From: a virus
Lineage: Duplodnaviria > Caudoviricetes
Strand: one strand, 5' to 3'
Virus record (IMG/VR): IMGVR_UViG_3300035002_000032
Span: 1 to 63,984 of that record
DNA length: 63,984 nucleotides
Shown here: positions 36,694 to 46,412 of the stretch, piece by piece
Numbering within the stretch: the first letter of the stretch is position 1
Layout of the letters: the number at the start of each line of letters is the position of its first letter
Notes under the pieces: generated by a model
Databases searched by the model: none
The model's input: only the letters and a program-made list of their open reading frames with translations
Told to the model about the DNA's origin: nothing
Made by a program: the position numbers and the translations under genes

Positions 36694-37210
36694 GACGGTA
36701 GAGCCGGGCAGTGAGCCTGTTTCTTTGCAGGAAGCAAAGATGCAGGCGCGCGCAACGGATTTCGTCGATGACGACGCTTATCTGCGATTGCTTATTTCTG
36801 CCGCACGCAGTCATGTCGAAGGTTATTGCTCCGCCAAGTTCGCGTCGCGCACGATTGAAGCAGAGTGCACGTCTTTTGCCGACTTTTGCTATTTGCCAGT
36901 TGCCCCCGTCAACTCTGTGACGTCCATTTCGTATGTCGATACGGCGGGTGCGACGCAGACGCTGGCGGATACCGTATATGAATTGCGGGGCGATTCCATC
37001 GTCCTGAAATATGGCCAGAATTGGCCGGCGACACAGCCTCAGTCATTGATCGCCATCGTTGTACAGGCTGGTTTTGCGACATGTCCGTCATCTGTTAAGC
37101 ACGCGATGCTTCTCTGGATTAGCGAGGCATATTTGAACCGAGAAAGCGCCGAGTTGGCCAGTTGGACAACGCTCGATGCGCTGCTTTGCAACCATCGATA
37201 TTATCCATAG
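36674..37210 (+). CDS. Head-tail connector (gp6-like)
   Basis: EPVSLQEAK, LISAAR, YLNRE. Confidence 0.85.
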   Translation: MWYQPTETVEPGSEPVSLQEAKMQARATDFVDDDAYLRLLISAARSHVEGYCSAKFASRTIEAECTSFADFCYLPVAPVNSVTSISYVDTAGATQTLADTVYELRGDSIVLKYGQNWPATQPQSLIAIVVQAGFATCPSSVKHAMLLWISEAYLNRESAELASWTTLDALLCNHRYYP

Positions 37211-37228
37211 GAGGCTGCCATAGCTGAC

Positions 37229-37630
37229 TTGAGCATTACCGCGGCGAACGTCGTGGTTTCCACTGGCGCGCAGATTGAGCACGGCACGGCCGGAGCTACG
37301 ATTACTGCCGGCCAGGTGGTCTACAAGAACTCGACTACCGGGCGCTATGCGCTCGCCGATGCGGATGGCGCTACCGCCGAATCCAAGGTGCCGCTGGGCA
37401 TTGCGCTGAACGGCGCGTCCAACGGCCAGCCTTTAGCTATCCAGAAGGGCGGGGATATCACCATTGGTGCCACCCTGACGGCGGGCACTGCGTATTACCT
37501 GTCTCCGACGCCGGGAGGCATTGCGCCGCTGGCTGACGTGCTGACTGGCGACAATGTCGTGCTGATCGGACTGGCGAAGTCGACGAGTGTGCTGACGATC
37601 GACATCCAGGCTCCGGGGGTTACTCTCTAA
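37229..37630 (+). CDS. Structural protein (capsid cement/decoration-like)
   Basis: ITAGQVVY, GIALNGA, YYLS..PGGI. Confidence 0.6.
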   Translation: MSITAANVVVSTGAQIEHGTAGATITAGQVVYKNSTTGRYALADADGATAESKVPLGIALNGASNGQPLAIQKGGDITIGATLTAGTAYYLSPTPGGIAPLADVLTGDNVVLIGLAKSTSVLTIDIQAPGVTL

Positions 37631-37968
37631 TGCTGGCCGGGCGCCTTGACATGCGATTGCAATTCCAGGCGCCCTACGAGATCGACAACGGCGCCGGCAC
37701 ACTGACGCAGGGACACGCGCCGCAGTTTGAGATCGCTGCTTCCGTAAAATATCTGCGGGGCGGCGAGACCGTGCTTTCCAGTAGACTGGAGCAAATCGCG
37801 CCAGTCATCATCACGGTGCGTGCCTGCAACGATACTCGCCAGATTGCCGGTGAGTGGAGGGCGGTGGATTTGCGAACTGGCACGGTGTTCCAGATCAAGG
37901 AGCTGCCGCGGGTGAGTGAAAACCGCGGCTTTTTCGAGATGCTGGCGGTGAGTGGGGTGGCGGGCTGA
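37630..37968 (+). CDS. Head-tail adaptor / head closure protein
   Basis: AGRLD.R, LRGGETV pattern and synteny. Confidence 0.8.
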   Translation: MLAGRLDMRLQFQAPYEIDNGAGTLTQGHAPQFEIAASVKYLRGGETVLSSRLEQIAPVIITVRACNDTRQIAGEWRAVDLRTGTVFQIKELPRVSENRGFFEMLAVSGVAG

Positions 37969-38393
37969 TGGCGGTCAAGGGTATTGGCGGCCTCAAGCGC
38001 AAACTGGCGGCACTTCCTGCGTTGGTGGAAAAGCGCGGCCGTGAGGCCATGGAAAAGTCTGCCGACGAGATCGTCGCCATGATGAAGCGGCTTGTGCCGG
38101 TTGACGATGGGGATTTACGGGACAGCATAGCATGGACGTGGGGTGAAGCGCCAAAGGGCGCGGTGGTGATAGCCCAAAGCGAACCACGGCCTGGCAATGT
38201 GCGCCTGACCATCTATGCCGGCAATGCCAAGGCGTATTACGCCCGATGGACAGAGTTCGGCACCGTCAAGATGTCGGCCCAACCGTTTTTCTTCCCCTCC
38301 TACCGCTCCCTGCGCGCACGAACGCGTCGCCGCATCATGACTGCCACCCGTAAGGCGCTCAAGGAAGTCGCCGCTATGCCAGATGGAGGTTAG
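37968..38393 (+). CDS. HK97 gp10-like neck protein
   Basis: PVDDGDLRDSI, EFGTVKMSAQPFFFP. Confidence 0.9.
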   Translation: MAVKGIGGLKRKLAALPALVEKRGREAMEKSADEIVAMMKRLVPVDDGDLRDSIAWTWGEAPKGAVVIAQSEPRPGNVRLTIYAGNAKAYYARWTEFGTVKMSAQPFFFPSYRSLRARTRRRIMTATRKALKEVAAMPDGG

Positions 38394-38395
38394 TC

Positions 38396-38794
38396 GTGCT
38401 GATCGGCGAAGAACTGCACCGGCTGTACTACAGCGCGCTGAAGGCTGACGCCGGGATAGCCGCCATCACAAGCCGCGTGTTCGACAAAGTGCCAGCGGGC
38501 GCGGTGTTTCCGTATATCTCTTTCGGCCCAGTGGATGCGGCGGACGACGGCGCGGACTGCATCGACGGGCTTGAGATCACGCAGCAGTTGGACATCTGGT
38601 CGCGCAAAGACAACTCGCTCGAGTGCAAGAACCTCGTGGAGTTGGTTCGCAAGGCGCTGCATGAGCGCGAGCTTGAACTAACCGACAACGCAATGGTTGA
38701 AACACGCGTGTTCCTTACACGTGTTTTCCGCGATCCTGACGGCGTTACGTGGCGCGGCGTTGTACAGGTGACGGCTCACGTTGAGGTGACTTAG
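38396..38794 (+). CDS. Tail terminator (DUF3168-like)
   Basis: VFD.VP, FPYISFG, DIWSR, DPDG. Confidence 0.85.
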   Translation: MLIGEELHRLYYSALKADAGIAAITSRVFDKVPAGAVFPYISFGPVDAADDGADCIDGLEITQQLDIWSRKDNSLECKNLVELVRKALHERELELTDNAMVETRVFLTRVFRDPDGVTWRGVVQVTAHVEVT

Positions 38795-38997
38795 TGGCGT
38801 GGATGCTGGTGCACAAGGAATGCAGCTGGCGACGTCCCAACTCCAAATTCTCATTCAATGCGAAGCCGGGCGGGCCACAAAGGTGGCCACGCGCGTTCGT
38901 TGACTACTGTGTTTCGAAGGGTGCTGCCGCTGAGGTTGCGCCACTAAACAAGGCACAAGCCGCCCTCCTGCTGAGGGCAAACAAGAAATCATTGTAG
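38794..38997 (+). CDS. Small hypothetical protein
   Basis: Coupled ORF in the tail operon. Confidence 0.5.
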   Translation: MAWMLVHKECSWRRPNSKFSFNAKPGGPQRWPRAFVDYCVSKGAAAEVAPLNKAQAALLLRANKKSL

Positions 38998-39038
38998 CCG
39001 CTTCGCGCGGCTTTTATTGCCCGAAAGGCTACATTACG

Positions 39039-39485
39039 ATGGCATATGCCTCAACTGGTACGTTTTCCAAACTGGTGGTCGAGGTCGAGTGGACCGCAGG
39101 CTCCGGCGTTTACAGCAAGTGGTGCGGCCTGACGTCCCGCGGCGTCAATCGTCAGCACAACATGACCACAACTCCCGTCCCTGAATGCGACGAAGAAGAC
39201 AAGCCGGCACAAATCGAACGCGCTGTCGAGTCGTCCGAAGTGACCATTTCCGGCAGCGGTGTATGGGCGTCCGAAAGTCACGGCAACGCCATGGACTGGT
39301 GGTACTCCGGCCAGACCAAGAACGTCCGCGTGCAGCACGTCAACGCGCCCAATGGCACAACTGAATATGAGACCGGCCCGGCATACTTGGTCCAGTTGAA
39401 CAACACGGTAGAGCGCGGCCAGAAGATCCAGGCTGAAATCTCGATCGAGTTCGACGGCCTCCCGACCAGGACGGCAGCTAGCTAA
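39039..39485 (+). CDS. Tail tube protein
   Basis: CGLTSR, VPECD, ISGSGVW pattern and synteny. Confidence 0.85.
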   Translation: MAYASTGTFSKLVVEVEWTAGSGVYSKWCGLTSRGVNRQHNMTTTPVPECDEEDKPAQIERAVESSEVTISGSGVWASESHGNAMDWWYSGQTKNVRVQHVNAPNGTTEYETGPAYLVQLNNTVERGQKIQAEISIEFDGLPTRTAAS

Positions 39486-39841
39486 TGCGCCATGCAGAGG
39501 AGATAGTATGGGCGGGAGGTGAACACCCCTTTCGCCTCGGTATTGGTGAGCTTCGCGCACTCGAGCAGAAGTGCGATGCCGGATGCTCGGTCGTGATGAT
39601 GCGCCTTTTGGCCGGCGGATGGAAAATCGACGATGTCGTCGCTACCCTTCGTGTCGGCCTGGTTGGTGGCGGAATGACCGAGAAAGAAGCGCAGGCGACG
39701 GTCGAGAAGGCGTTTGACGTCGCCAGTTCCTACACCCTTGCGGTCGTGGCCGCGGATATTCTCCGGCGCTTTCTGCTTTGGGACGGAGAAGATCAGCCGG
39801 GGGAAGCCGAGGCGGGGGAGGCGAAGGCCGACCCCCGCTAA
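39485..39841 (+). CDS. Tail assembly chaperone (GTA gp10-like)
   Basis: WAGGEHPFRLGIGELRALE; between tube and tape measure. Confidence 0.85.
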   Translation: MRHAEEIVWAGGEHPFRLGIGELRALEQKCDAGCSVVMMRLLAGGWKIDDVVATLRVGLVGGGMTEKEAQATVEKAFDVASSYTLAVVAADILRRFLLWDGEDQPGEAEAGEAKADPR

Positions 39842-40041
39842 AGAATGGCCGCACGCGCTGGTCTACGTACTATGGCGCTGGTGCGGTTCTTGGCTACGCT
39901 CCCGCACAGGTGGACGAAATGACCACTTGGGAATTTGCTTGCGCTGTCGAGGGCTATCGCGAAGCGCACAAGGTCGAGGAGGCTACGCCTCCGCCCATGG
40001 GTGATGATGAATTGGCCAAATACGGCATTGAGGGGTTTTAG
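39799..40041 (+). CDS. Tail chaperone -1 frameshift extension
   Basis: -1 frame ORF with PAQVDEMTTWEF; candidate slippery GGGGGAA at 39799. Confidence 0.65.
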   Translation, partial: GGSRGGGGEGRPPLKNGRTRWSTYYGAGAVLGYAPAQVDEMTTWEFACAVEGYREAHKVEEATPPPMGDDELAKYGIEGF

Positions 40042-40190
40042 TCGCCCATCAATTTTGTGACGAATTTCTCAATGGGAGCGTTACTCGCGGCCGTCTGCAT
40101 AGGCGGTCGCCGCGAAAACTCGCCGTAAAGATATGTTCCGCTTGCGCATACAACCATAACGCATGTCGCGGCAACCAGCGCCTTAAGCAT
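40038..40190 (-). CDS. 50-aa single-TM protein, antisense to the tail operon
   Basis: Read by hand: AAAGGAGG RBS, MLKALVAATCVMVVCASGTYLY... Confidence 0.6.
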   Translation of the reverse strand: MLKALVAATCVMVVCASGTYLYGEFSRRPPMQTAASNAPIEKFVTKLMGD

Positions 40191-40232
40191 AAGTCATCCT
40201 CCTTTAACCTGCCTACATAGCACAGGAATATT

Positions 40233-42554
40233 ATGGCTGCAACGTCGGAAGACTTGGCACGCCTGCTTGTGCAGGTGGAACTTAGCCAGGCGAAAGTTGA
40301 GAAACAGGCTGCGGCTATTGCAAAGGCCGCCGAGCGCAGCGCGAAGCAAATTGAAGGCGGGTATAGGGCGGCCAATACAAACGTCGCGAGCGGCTTTGCG
40401 CGCACGAGTGGCCAGGTAACGCTATCGCTCAATCAGCAGCGGGCGGCGGCCACAAACCTATCGTTTCAGCTGAACGACCTTGTAACGCAGATAAGTGGCG
40501 GCACTTCGCCAATGCGCGCCTTTGCGCAGCAGGCCGGTCAGATTACTCAGGTGCTCAACGGACTCGGTAGCCGTCGAGCGGTCTTCGGCGCGCTTGGGGG
40601 CGCAATTGGCAGTCTCCTCAACCCGGTCGGTCTCGCGACTTTGGCAATCGGCGGTCTTACGGCGGCGGCCATTGATTACTTCACCAGCACGGAAAGCGGG
40701 GGCGACGAGGCTAACAAGGTGCTGGAGGAGCACCGGACTGCCATTCGAGACGCGCTGAAGGAGTGGGAGGGTGCGCCCGCGGTTCTTGTTGAGTATCTTA
40801 AACAACTCGATGAGATTGCAATCCGGAACGAGCGCCTCGGAGCGCTTACGGGCGCGCGCGACAACATTCTTGGTCCGTTGCGGGATCAACTGCCGGAAAT
40901 CTCGATCGGTATTGCGGACGTTACCCAGCGCCTTATGGAACTCGGCGCTTCGCACGACCAAATTCGTGAATTGCAGTCGGCTTTTGCGGACGTTGAGCAA
41001 AAGCTTGTGGATGGCCAGGCGCCGACAGACGAACTGGCGCGACTGACCAAATTACTCACGCAGGCAACAGACCAATACGGCAATACCCTAGCCGCCGCCG
41101 TAGCCGGCAATCTTGCCGCGTTTACTGAACTGCTCAAGGAAGCCGCCCCCGCCGCCGAGCGACTGAATAACGCCATTGCTGACCAGACGATCCGGTCATC
41201 TACGGGCGGCCGGCCGCGGTACCAGCCTGGTTTTCTACATCTACCAAACACAGCTCCCACGCCAGAACACAGGATTGATCCCTATTTCGCCGACGGTCCG
41301 GCGCCACGCGCATCAGCGGCAGACTCCGCGGCAACTCGCCTGGCGGAACGTACGGCGAAGGAGGCTGCGGAACGGCTTACCGCTGCCATCGCTACACAGT
41401 CTGCGACGGCGGTGGATGCTGCGGCCCTACTTCTCAATAAGCATGAGGGGCGGAACACAGGTGACATCAACGCCTTCCTTAAGGCTGGCGGCGTCGACCT
41501 GAACGCAGCAACGACCGCGTGGTGCGCGGCATTCGTCAACAGCGCCCTGGCCCAAGTGGGCATTCAGGGCAGCGGCAGCAACGTCGCGACCGACTTTTTG
41601 AACTGGGGCAACAAGGTCGACCCGTCGCAAATCCAGCGCGGTGACGTGCTGGTGCAGGATCGTGGTCTTGGCGCTGGCCAGGTGGGCGGCCATGTTGGTT
41701 TTGCTACCGGCCTGGTGCGCTTCCAAGAGGGCATCATGCAACTGCAGATGCTTTCCGGGAATGCGTCCAACAAAGTCCAAGAGGACTGGGTCAACGCTGC
41801 GGACGTCGTGGCGCGCAGGTCGGCGGATGCATTTCAGGTGCCTGCAGATGCCCTGAAGCACATCGGCCAGCAGAGCGAGACCGCGAAGCAAGCGGCGGAG
41901 GCCCACGCGGCGGCAGTAAAGCAGCAAGAAGCGGCATATCAGCAACTTGGCAATATCGCTTCCGGCGCCTTGAACGGCATAGCCAACGCATTGGCGGACG
42001 GCAAACTCGAGGGCGAGGAGCTGCTGCAAATCGTCCTGCAAATCGCGCAGCAACTGCTGACGATGCCGCAAGGCGCCGGCGGTCTTGGAGGCTTGCTTGG
42101 TGGGGGAGGTGGCGGCCTTCTTGGCGGATTGCTGTCGCTTTTCGGCTTCGACAACGGCGGATACACGGGCGCCGGTCCAAAGCGCAAACCCGCTGGCATC
42201 GTCCACAAAGGCGAAGTCGTCTTTAGCCAGGACGATGTTCGACGATCTGGCGGTGTTGCTGCTGTCGAGCGGCTGCGCAAGCGCGGCTATATGGACGGCG
42301 GTGCCGTGGGCGTCTCCCCGGTCCCGGCCTATGTGCCGACGCCGCGCGTTCCTGTGGCCGGTGGCGGACAGCAGGCCGTGCATGTGACCGTGGGCGTTTC
42401 CGCAGATGGCAATGGCAATCTTATGCCGTTCGTGGAGTCGGTAAGCCAACGCACGGCGGCACAAACGACACGCGCAGGCATCGCGCAGTATGACAAGCAA
42501 CTTGACCGCACTATGGGCGGCAAGATGGCGCGGGCACAGACCCGGCAATTGTAA
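40233..42554 (+). CDS. Tape measure protein with an embedded Cys/His peptidase-like domain
   Basis: NLSFQLND..QQAGQI N-terminal motif; AWCAAFVN...GHVGF; GGYTG...GIVHKGE. Confidence 0.9.
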   Translation: MAATSEDLARLLVQVELSQAKVEKQAAAIAKAAERSAKQIEGGYRAANTNVASGFARTSGQVTLSLNQQRAAATNLSFQLNDLVTQISGGTSPMRAFAQQAGQITQVLNGLGSRRAVFGALGGAIGSLLNPVGLATLAIGGLTAAAIDYFTSTESGGDEANKVLEEHRTAIRDALKEWEGAPAVLVEYLKQLDEIAIRNERLGALTGARDNILGPLRDQLPEISIGIADVTQRLMELGASHDQIRELQSAFADVEQKLVDGQAPTDELARLTKLLTQATDQYGNTLAAAVAGNLAAFTELLKEAAPAAERLNNAIADQTIRSSTGGRPRYQPGFLHLPNTAPTPEHRIDPYFADGPAPRASAADSAATRLAERTAKEAAERLTAAIATQSATAVDAAALLLNKHEGRNTGDINAFLKAGGVDLNAATTAWCAAFVNSALAQVGIQGSGSNVATDFLNWGNKVDPSQIQRGDVLVQDRGLGAGQVGGHVGFATGLVRFQEGIMQLQMLSGNASNKVQEDWVNAADVVARRSADAFQVPADALKHIGQQSETAKQAAEAHAAAVKQQEAAYQQLGNIASGALNGIANALADGKLEGEELLQIVLQIAQQLLTMPQGAGGLGGLLGGGGGGLLGGLLSLFGFDNGGYTGAGPKRKPAGIVHKGEVVFSQDDVRRSGGVAAVERLRKRGYMDGGAVGVSPVPAYVPTPRVPVAGGGQQAVHVTVGVSADGNGNLMPFVESVSQRTAAQTTRAGIAQYDKQLDRTMGGKMARAQTRQL

Positions 42555-42569
42555 GCCGAAGGACCAGCA

Positions 42570-43241
42570 ATGACCATTATGTGGCCCATGGCGGTCCTTC
42601 GGCCGACCTCGGTTTCGTTCGATATTGCCCCACGTTCACTTGCCGGTCCGGCATCCGTTTCAGGCTTCGGACAGGTCGTTTCATCTGATGCGGGGATTTG
42701 GAAGGCGACACTAGGTGGCGTTCTGATTAAGAACAAACAACATGTCCTAGCGTTCCGCGCCATCGCGAACCTCTTGGAGGGACGCCTTAATCCCATAATT
42801 GTGCCGTTGTGCCGAATGTTCCAGCCCGTGCCGGACGGCGCTGTGAAGGAAGGCCTTTACGAGCCAATCCCGCATAGCGACGACGCACCACACAGCGACG
42901 GCACGGGCTATGTTGGCCAGGTCATTGACGTGGTCGCGGCGGCGGATGCCCCACTGCGTGCCGTCAGTATGACTGTGGCAGTCAACTACGCGGGCGAGAT
43001 ACAGGCCGGCCAGCACTTTAGCATCGGCGACGGGCGACTGTATCGCGTCAGGACATTCGATGCCGATACGGGCGCGCTAACGTTTCGGCCACCGCTGCGG
43101 GAGGCTGTGACAGCGGGCGAACAACTGGAGTTTGATAACCCTGTGCTGCGTTGCAGATTGGCGACGGACGGGGAAATGGACCTCGAGTTGCGCGGGCGCA
43201 AGTTCGCTAATCCGACAGTGAACTTCATCGAGGATTTATAA
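42570..43241 (+). CDS. Distal tail protein
   Basis: Follows tape measure; FRPPLRE motif. Confidence 0.65.
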   Translation: MTIMWPMAVLRPTSVSFDIAPRSLAGPASVSGFGQVVSSDAGIWKATLGGVLIKNKQHVLAFRAIANLLEGRLNPIIVPLCRMFQPVPDGAVKEGLYEPIPHSDDAPHSDGTGYVGQVIDVVAAADAPLRAVSMTVAVNYAGEIQAGQHFSIGDGRLYRVRTFDADTGALTFRPPLREAVTAGEQLEFDNPVLRCRLATDGEMDLELRGRKFANPTVNFIEDL

Positions 43242-43269
43242 CGGCGCTAGCGCCCCTTAAGGCGGTATA

Positions 43270-43863
43270 ATGGCCGAATTTTTTACTGCCGACCAGTTGT
43301 CGCTGTTGTCGGCCACGACCGTTCGCTGCGACCTTGTATGCAAATTCGAATTTGCGAGTTCCACGGAGTGGGCATGGAACGGCAATACTGACCTTATAGT
43401 TGGCGGCAATACGTACAAGCCCATGCGCGGCTACGGTCGCATCGATGGCCTCGGGCTCGCAGCAGGAACGCTTTCCGAAGTCGTCACTATGACGTTGGAT
43501 GGCTTGCCGGACATGCCGCTGGACTTTCTGGCCAAGGCGCTTGCCGACACAGAGGAAGTTGATCAGCGGATTGTCACAATAGGCCTGCAGTTGTTCAACA
43601 ACGAGTGGCAGCCCGTGGGATCGCCGATACCACTGTTTCGCGGTTTCACGCAGCCCCCCGTCATCTCGCGAACACCGATGGAAGGCGCGGAGGGCGCTAC
43701 GCAGACCGTCACGATTACAGCAGAGAATGTATTCTATGGCCGTTCACGCCCACCGCATGGGCGAAATACGGACAGGGACCAGCAAGCGCGCTCGCCGGGC
43801 GACAAGTTCTTCGGTTTCGTTGCGTCGCTGCTGTCCAAGGTCATCAGGTATCCGGATTTTTAG
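43270..43863 (+). CDS. Minor tail protein
   Basis: TDRDQQARSPGDKFF motif; synteny. Confidence 0.7.
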   Translation: MAEFFTADQLSLLSATTVRCDLVCKFEFASSTEWAWNGNTDLIVGGNTYKPMRGYGRIDGLGLAAGTLSEVVTMTLDGLPDMPLDFLAKALADTEEVDQRIVTIGLQLFNNEWQPVGSPIPLFRGFTQPPVISRTPMEGAEGATQTVTITAENVFYGRSRPPHGRNTDRDQQARSPGDKFFGFVASLLSKVIRYPDF

Positions 43864-43865
43864 TT

Positions 43866-44267
43866 GTGACAGCGCTGGCGGAATTCATCGCGGCAGAATC
43901 CAAGAAGCCGTTTGACTGGCACGACACGAACTGTGGAGCAACGGCCAATCGGTGGATGACCGCCGTGTTGGGTTACGCGCCGTTTGATCGGTATGGCTTT
44001 GTGCTTGAGGGCACCAACGCGGATTGGGATGGCTTGCGCATAGCGGTCACGGTTAATCGCGTTATGCGCGCCTGCGGATTGCGCCGGACGGAGGAGCCGC
44101 AGCCAGGCGATGTTGGCCTTGTGCTGCATAAGCAGGATTTGTGCATTGGCATACATGCTGGCGCCGTGTGGTTCTCGCGTAACGCGGGCGGGCTGATTGG
44201 CGCACCGCTGGATGCGGTTTGGAAGGCTTGGTCCGTCCCCTGCGGGGCCGTTACGGCACGCGCCTAG
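43866..44267 (+). CDS. NlpC/P60-like tail assembly protein
   Basis: PFDWHDTNC...PQPGDVG. Confidence 0.7.
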   Translation: MTALAEFIAAESKKPFDWHDTNCGATANRWMTAVLGYAPFDRYGFVLEGTNADWDGLRIAVTVNRVMRACGLRRTEEPQPGDVGLVLHKQDLCIGIHAGAVWFSRNAGGLIGAPLDAVWKAWSVPCGAVTARA

Positions 44268-44281
44268 AATAAGGTCACGAA

Positions 44282-46360
44282 ATGCCCGGTGTTATTGAAG
44301 CCATCACCTTCCTGGTGATCTCGGCGCAAGCCGGTGCGCTTGGTGCCGGTCTTACGGCGGTGCTGGGAACGTTCGGTACTGGCCTTATTGGCGCTGCTGT
44401 TTCGGTAGGCATATCGCTGTTGTCGGCCGGCCTGTTCCAGCCGAAGCAACCGAAGCCGGAAGACGTGCAGACGTCGGTCAAGAACCCTACCGCACCTCGG
44501 CAGCGGCACTATGGTCGCGTCAAGACTAGCGGACCGTGGGTGTTTGCCGAAACCAAGAGCAGCACCCTGTATAAGGTCATCGCGCTCGGCACGGGACTTC
44601 TGGATGCAATCGAAGAGTTCTGGATTGACGACAATATAGCCACAATCGACGGCAGCGGCTGGGTCACAAGCGATCCTTACGAGAATGATGGCGACTCACG
44701 CGTTCGCTTGCAGCATCGACTTGGGGCGGCCAGCCAAACGCACTACAGCGACCTGACTGCTGCGTTCCCGGAGTGGGACTCCACGCACAAGGGCAATGGC
44801 GTATCCTCTCTGTTCATCACGCAGTTAGGCGCTGACCCCGAGGATATCAACGACTTTTTTCCTAACTTGGCGAATACGCAATACCGTGTCGTGGCGCGCG
44901 GCTCGCGCGTGTTCAATCCGTCAACCGGAACCACGGTCTGGAGCGACAACGGCGCCGCGGTCATCCGCGATTACATGACACATGCGGACGGCATGCGTCT
45001 GCCCGCATCGCTGTTTACGACCACGCAGGCTGCGGCCGGTTGGCTGGCGGCTTATGAGCGTGCTGCAGTGGCCGTGGAAAAGAAGGCAGGCGGCACAGAG
45101 GATGCTTACCGCCTGTGGGGCAGTTACGCCTTTGATGAGCGCCCCGCCGATGTTCTTGGCCGCATGCTGGCGTGCTGTGACGGTCGCGTTGTTCCGACGC
45201 CCGATGGCGGCATAACGCTCGATATCGGAACATGGGAAGAACCGTCTGTCACGATCGACGCTGACTCGATTGTCGGCTTTTCCGAGCTTTCGCGCGGACG
45301 CGATATCCAAAGCACCGCGAATACCATCCGAGCCACGTACCTATCGCCCACGCACGACTACCAGGCGACGGATGCTGACCCGTGGGTGGATGAAGACGAC
45401 ATTTCGGCGCGCGGGGAGATTGCGGCCGACAAGTCATTCAACATGTCGCCGTCGCATGGGCAAGCCCGGCGCCTCATGAAGCTCGAGGCGTATCGCGCCA
45501 CGCCCAAGTGGGTCGGAACGTTCCAGTGTAATCTCAAGGCGCTGGCGGCCTTCGGCAAGCGGTTTGTGCGCATCGAATATCCGCTGTTCGGCATCGACGA
45601 TGTCTTTGAGATCATCGACTTCCGCTTCAACATCGGCGAGGGCGGCATTCTGCTGGGCGTGACACTGACGGGCTACACTATGCCTGCGGAGGCTTACGAA
45701 TGGGATGCCGCGACCGAAGAGGGCACGGAGCCTATTTCGGAAGACGTTGTTGTTGACCGGACTATCCCACTGCCGCAGAACTTTGCGTTCGTTGTTGATC
45801 GAATCCAAATCGGAAGCCAACTCGTTCCTTTCGGCGTTATATCATTTGATGAGCCGCCATCCCCGTCGTTGATAATTGAGGGGCGCTATCGAAAAGTAGG
45901 CGCAGCGTCTTGGCAGGTCGTTGCCGTAGACGATGATTCCACAAGTGCGCAGACTGGCGCCCTTGAGGACGGCGAAGATTATGAGGCGCAGGTTCGGCAC
46001 ATAACCGTGACCGGCCGCGTTGGTGACTGGACGCCGAGCGAAACGGTAAGCGTTGTTGCTGATACTACCGCACCAGGACCCGTAAGTGACGTTCTGGGGA
46101 CGGGCGGCGTAGGCGAAGTGGACCTTTCCTGGCGAGCGCCAAACAGTGCCAACTTTGTTGCCGTCAACATCTATCGTAACACGGTGAACAATGTCGGCAC
46201 TGCTGTCTTGGTGCACACCGAATACGGACCAGCTTCGAACTCTGACGCTTACACCGATAGCGCGCTTTCCGCAGGCACCTACTACTACTGGCTAGCGGCC
46301 CGCAATGGGTCCGGCATCGAAGCGGCCAAAGTGGCTACCGGCGCGGTCACAGTGACGTAG
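44282..46360 (+). CDS. Tail tip/hub protein with fibronectin-III-like domains
   Basis: YGRVK.SG, WSDN, QARRLMK, C-terminal DTTAPG..VDLSW. Confidence 0.8.
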   Translation: MPGVIEAITFLVISAQAGALGAGLTAVLGTFGTGLIGAAVSVGISLLSAGLFQPKQPKPEDVQTSVKNPTAPRQRHYGRVKTSGPWVFAETKSSTLYKVIALGTGLLDAIEEFWIDDNIATIDGSGWVTSDPYENDGDSRVRLQHRLGAASQTHYSDLTAAFPEWDSTHKGNGVSSLFITQLGADPEDINDFFPNLANTQYRVVARGSRVFNPSTGTTVWSDNGAAVIRDYMTHADGMRLPASLFTTTQAAAGWLAAYERAAVAVEKKAGGTEDAYRLWGSYAFDERPADVLGRMLACCDGRVVPTPDGGITLDIGTWEEPSVTIDADSIVGFSELSRGRDIQSTANTIRATYLSPTHDYQATDADPWVDEDDISARGEIAADKSFNMSPSHGQARRLMKLEAYRATPKWVGTFQCNLKALAAFGKRFVRIEYPLFGIDDVFEIIDFRFNIGEGGILLGVTLTGYTMPAEAYEWDAATEEGTEPISEDVVVDRTIPLPQNFAFVVDRIQIGSQLVPFGVISFDEPPSPSLIIEGRYRKVGAASWQVVAVDDDSTSAQTGALEDGEDYEAQVRHITVTGRVGDWTPSETVSVVADTTAPGPVSDVLGTGGVGEVDLSWRAPNSANFVAVNIYRNTVNNVGTAVLVHTEYGPASNSDAYTDSALSAGTYYYWLAARNGSGIEAAKVATGAVTVT

Positions 46361-46412
46361 CCGCGGCTCTGCCGCCATCCCTGAATTCTAGCATTTTTGG
46401 AGCGAACCAGAG

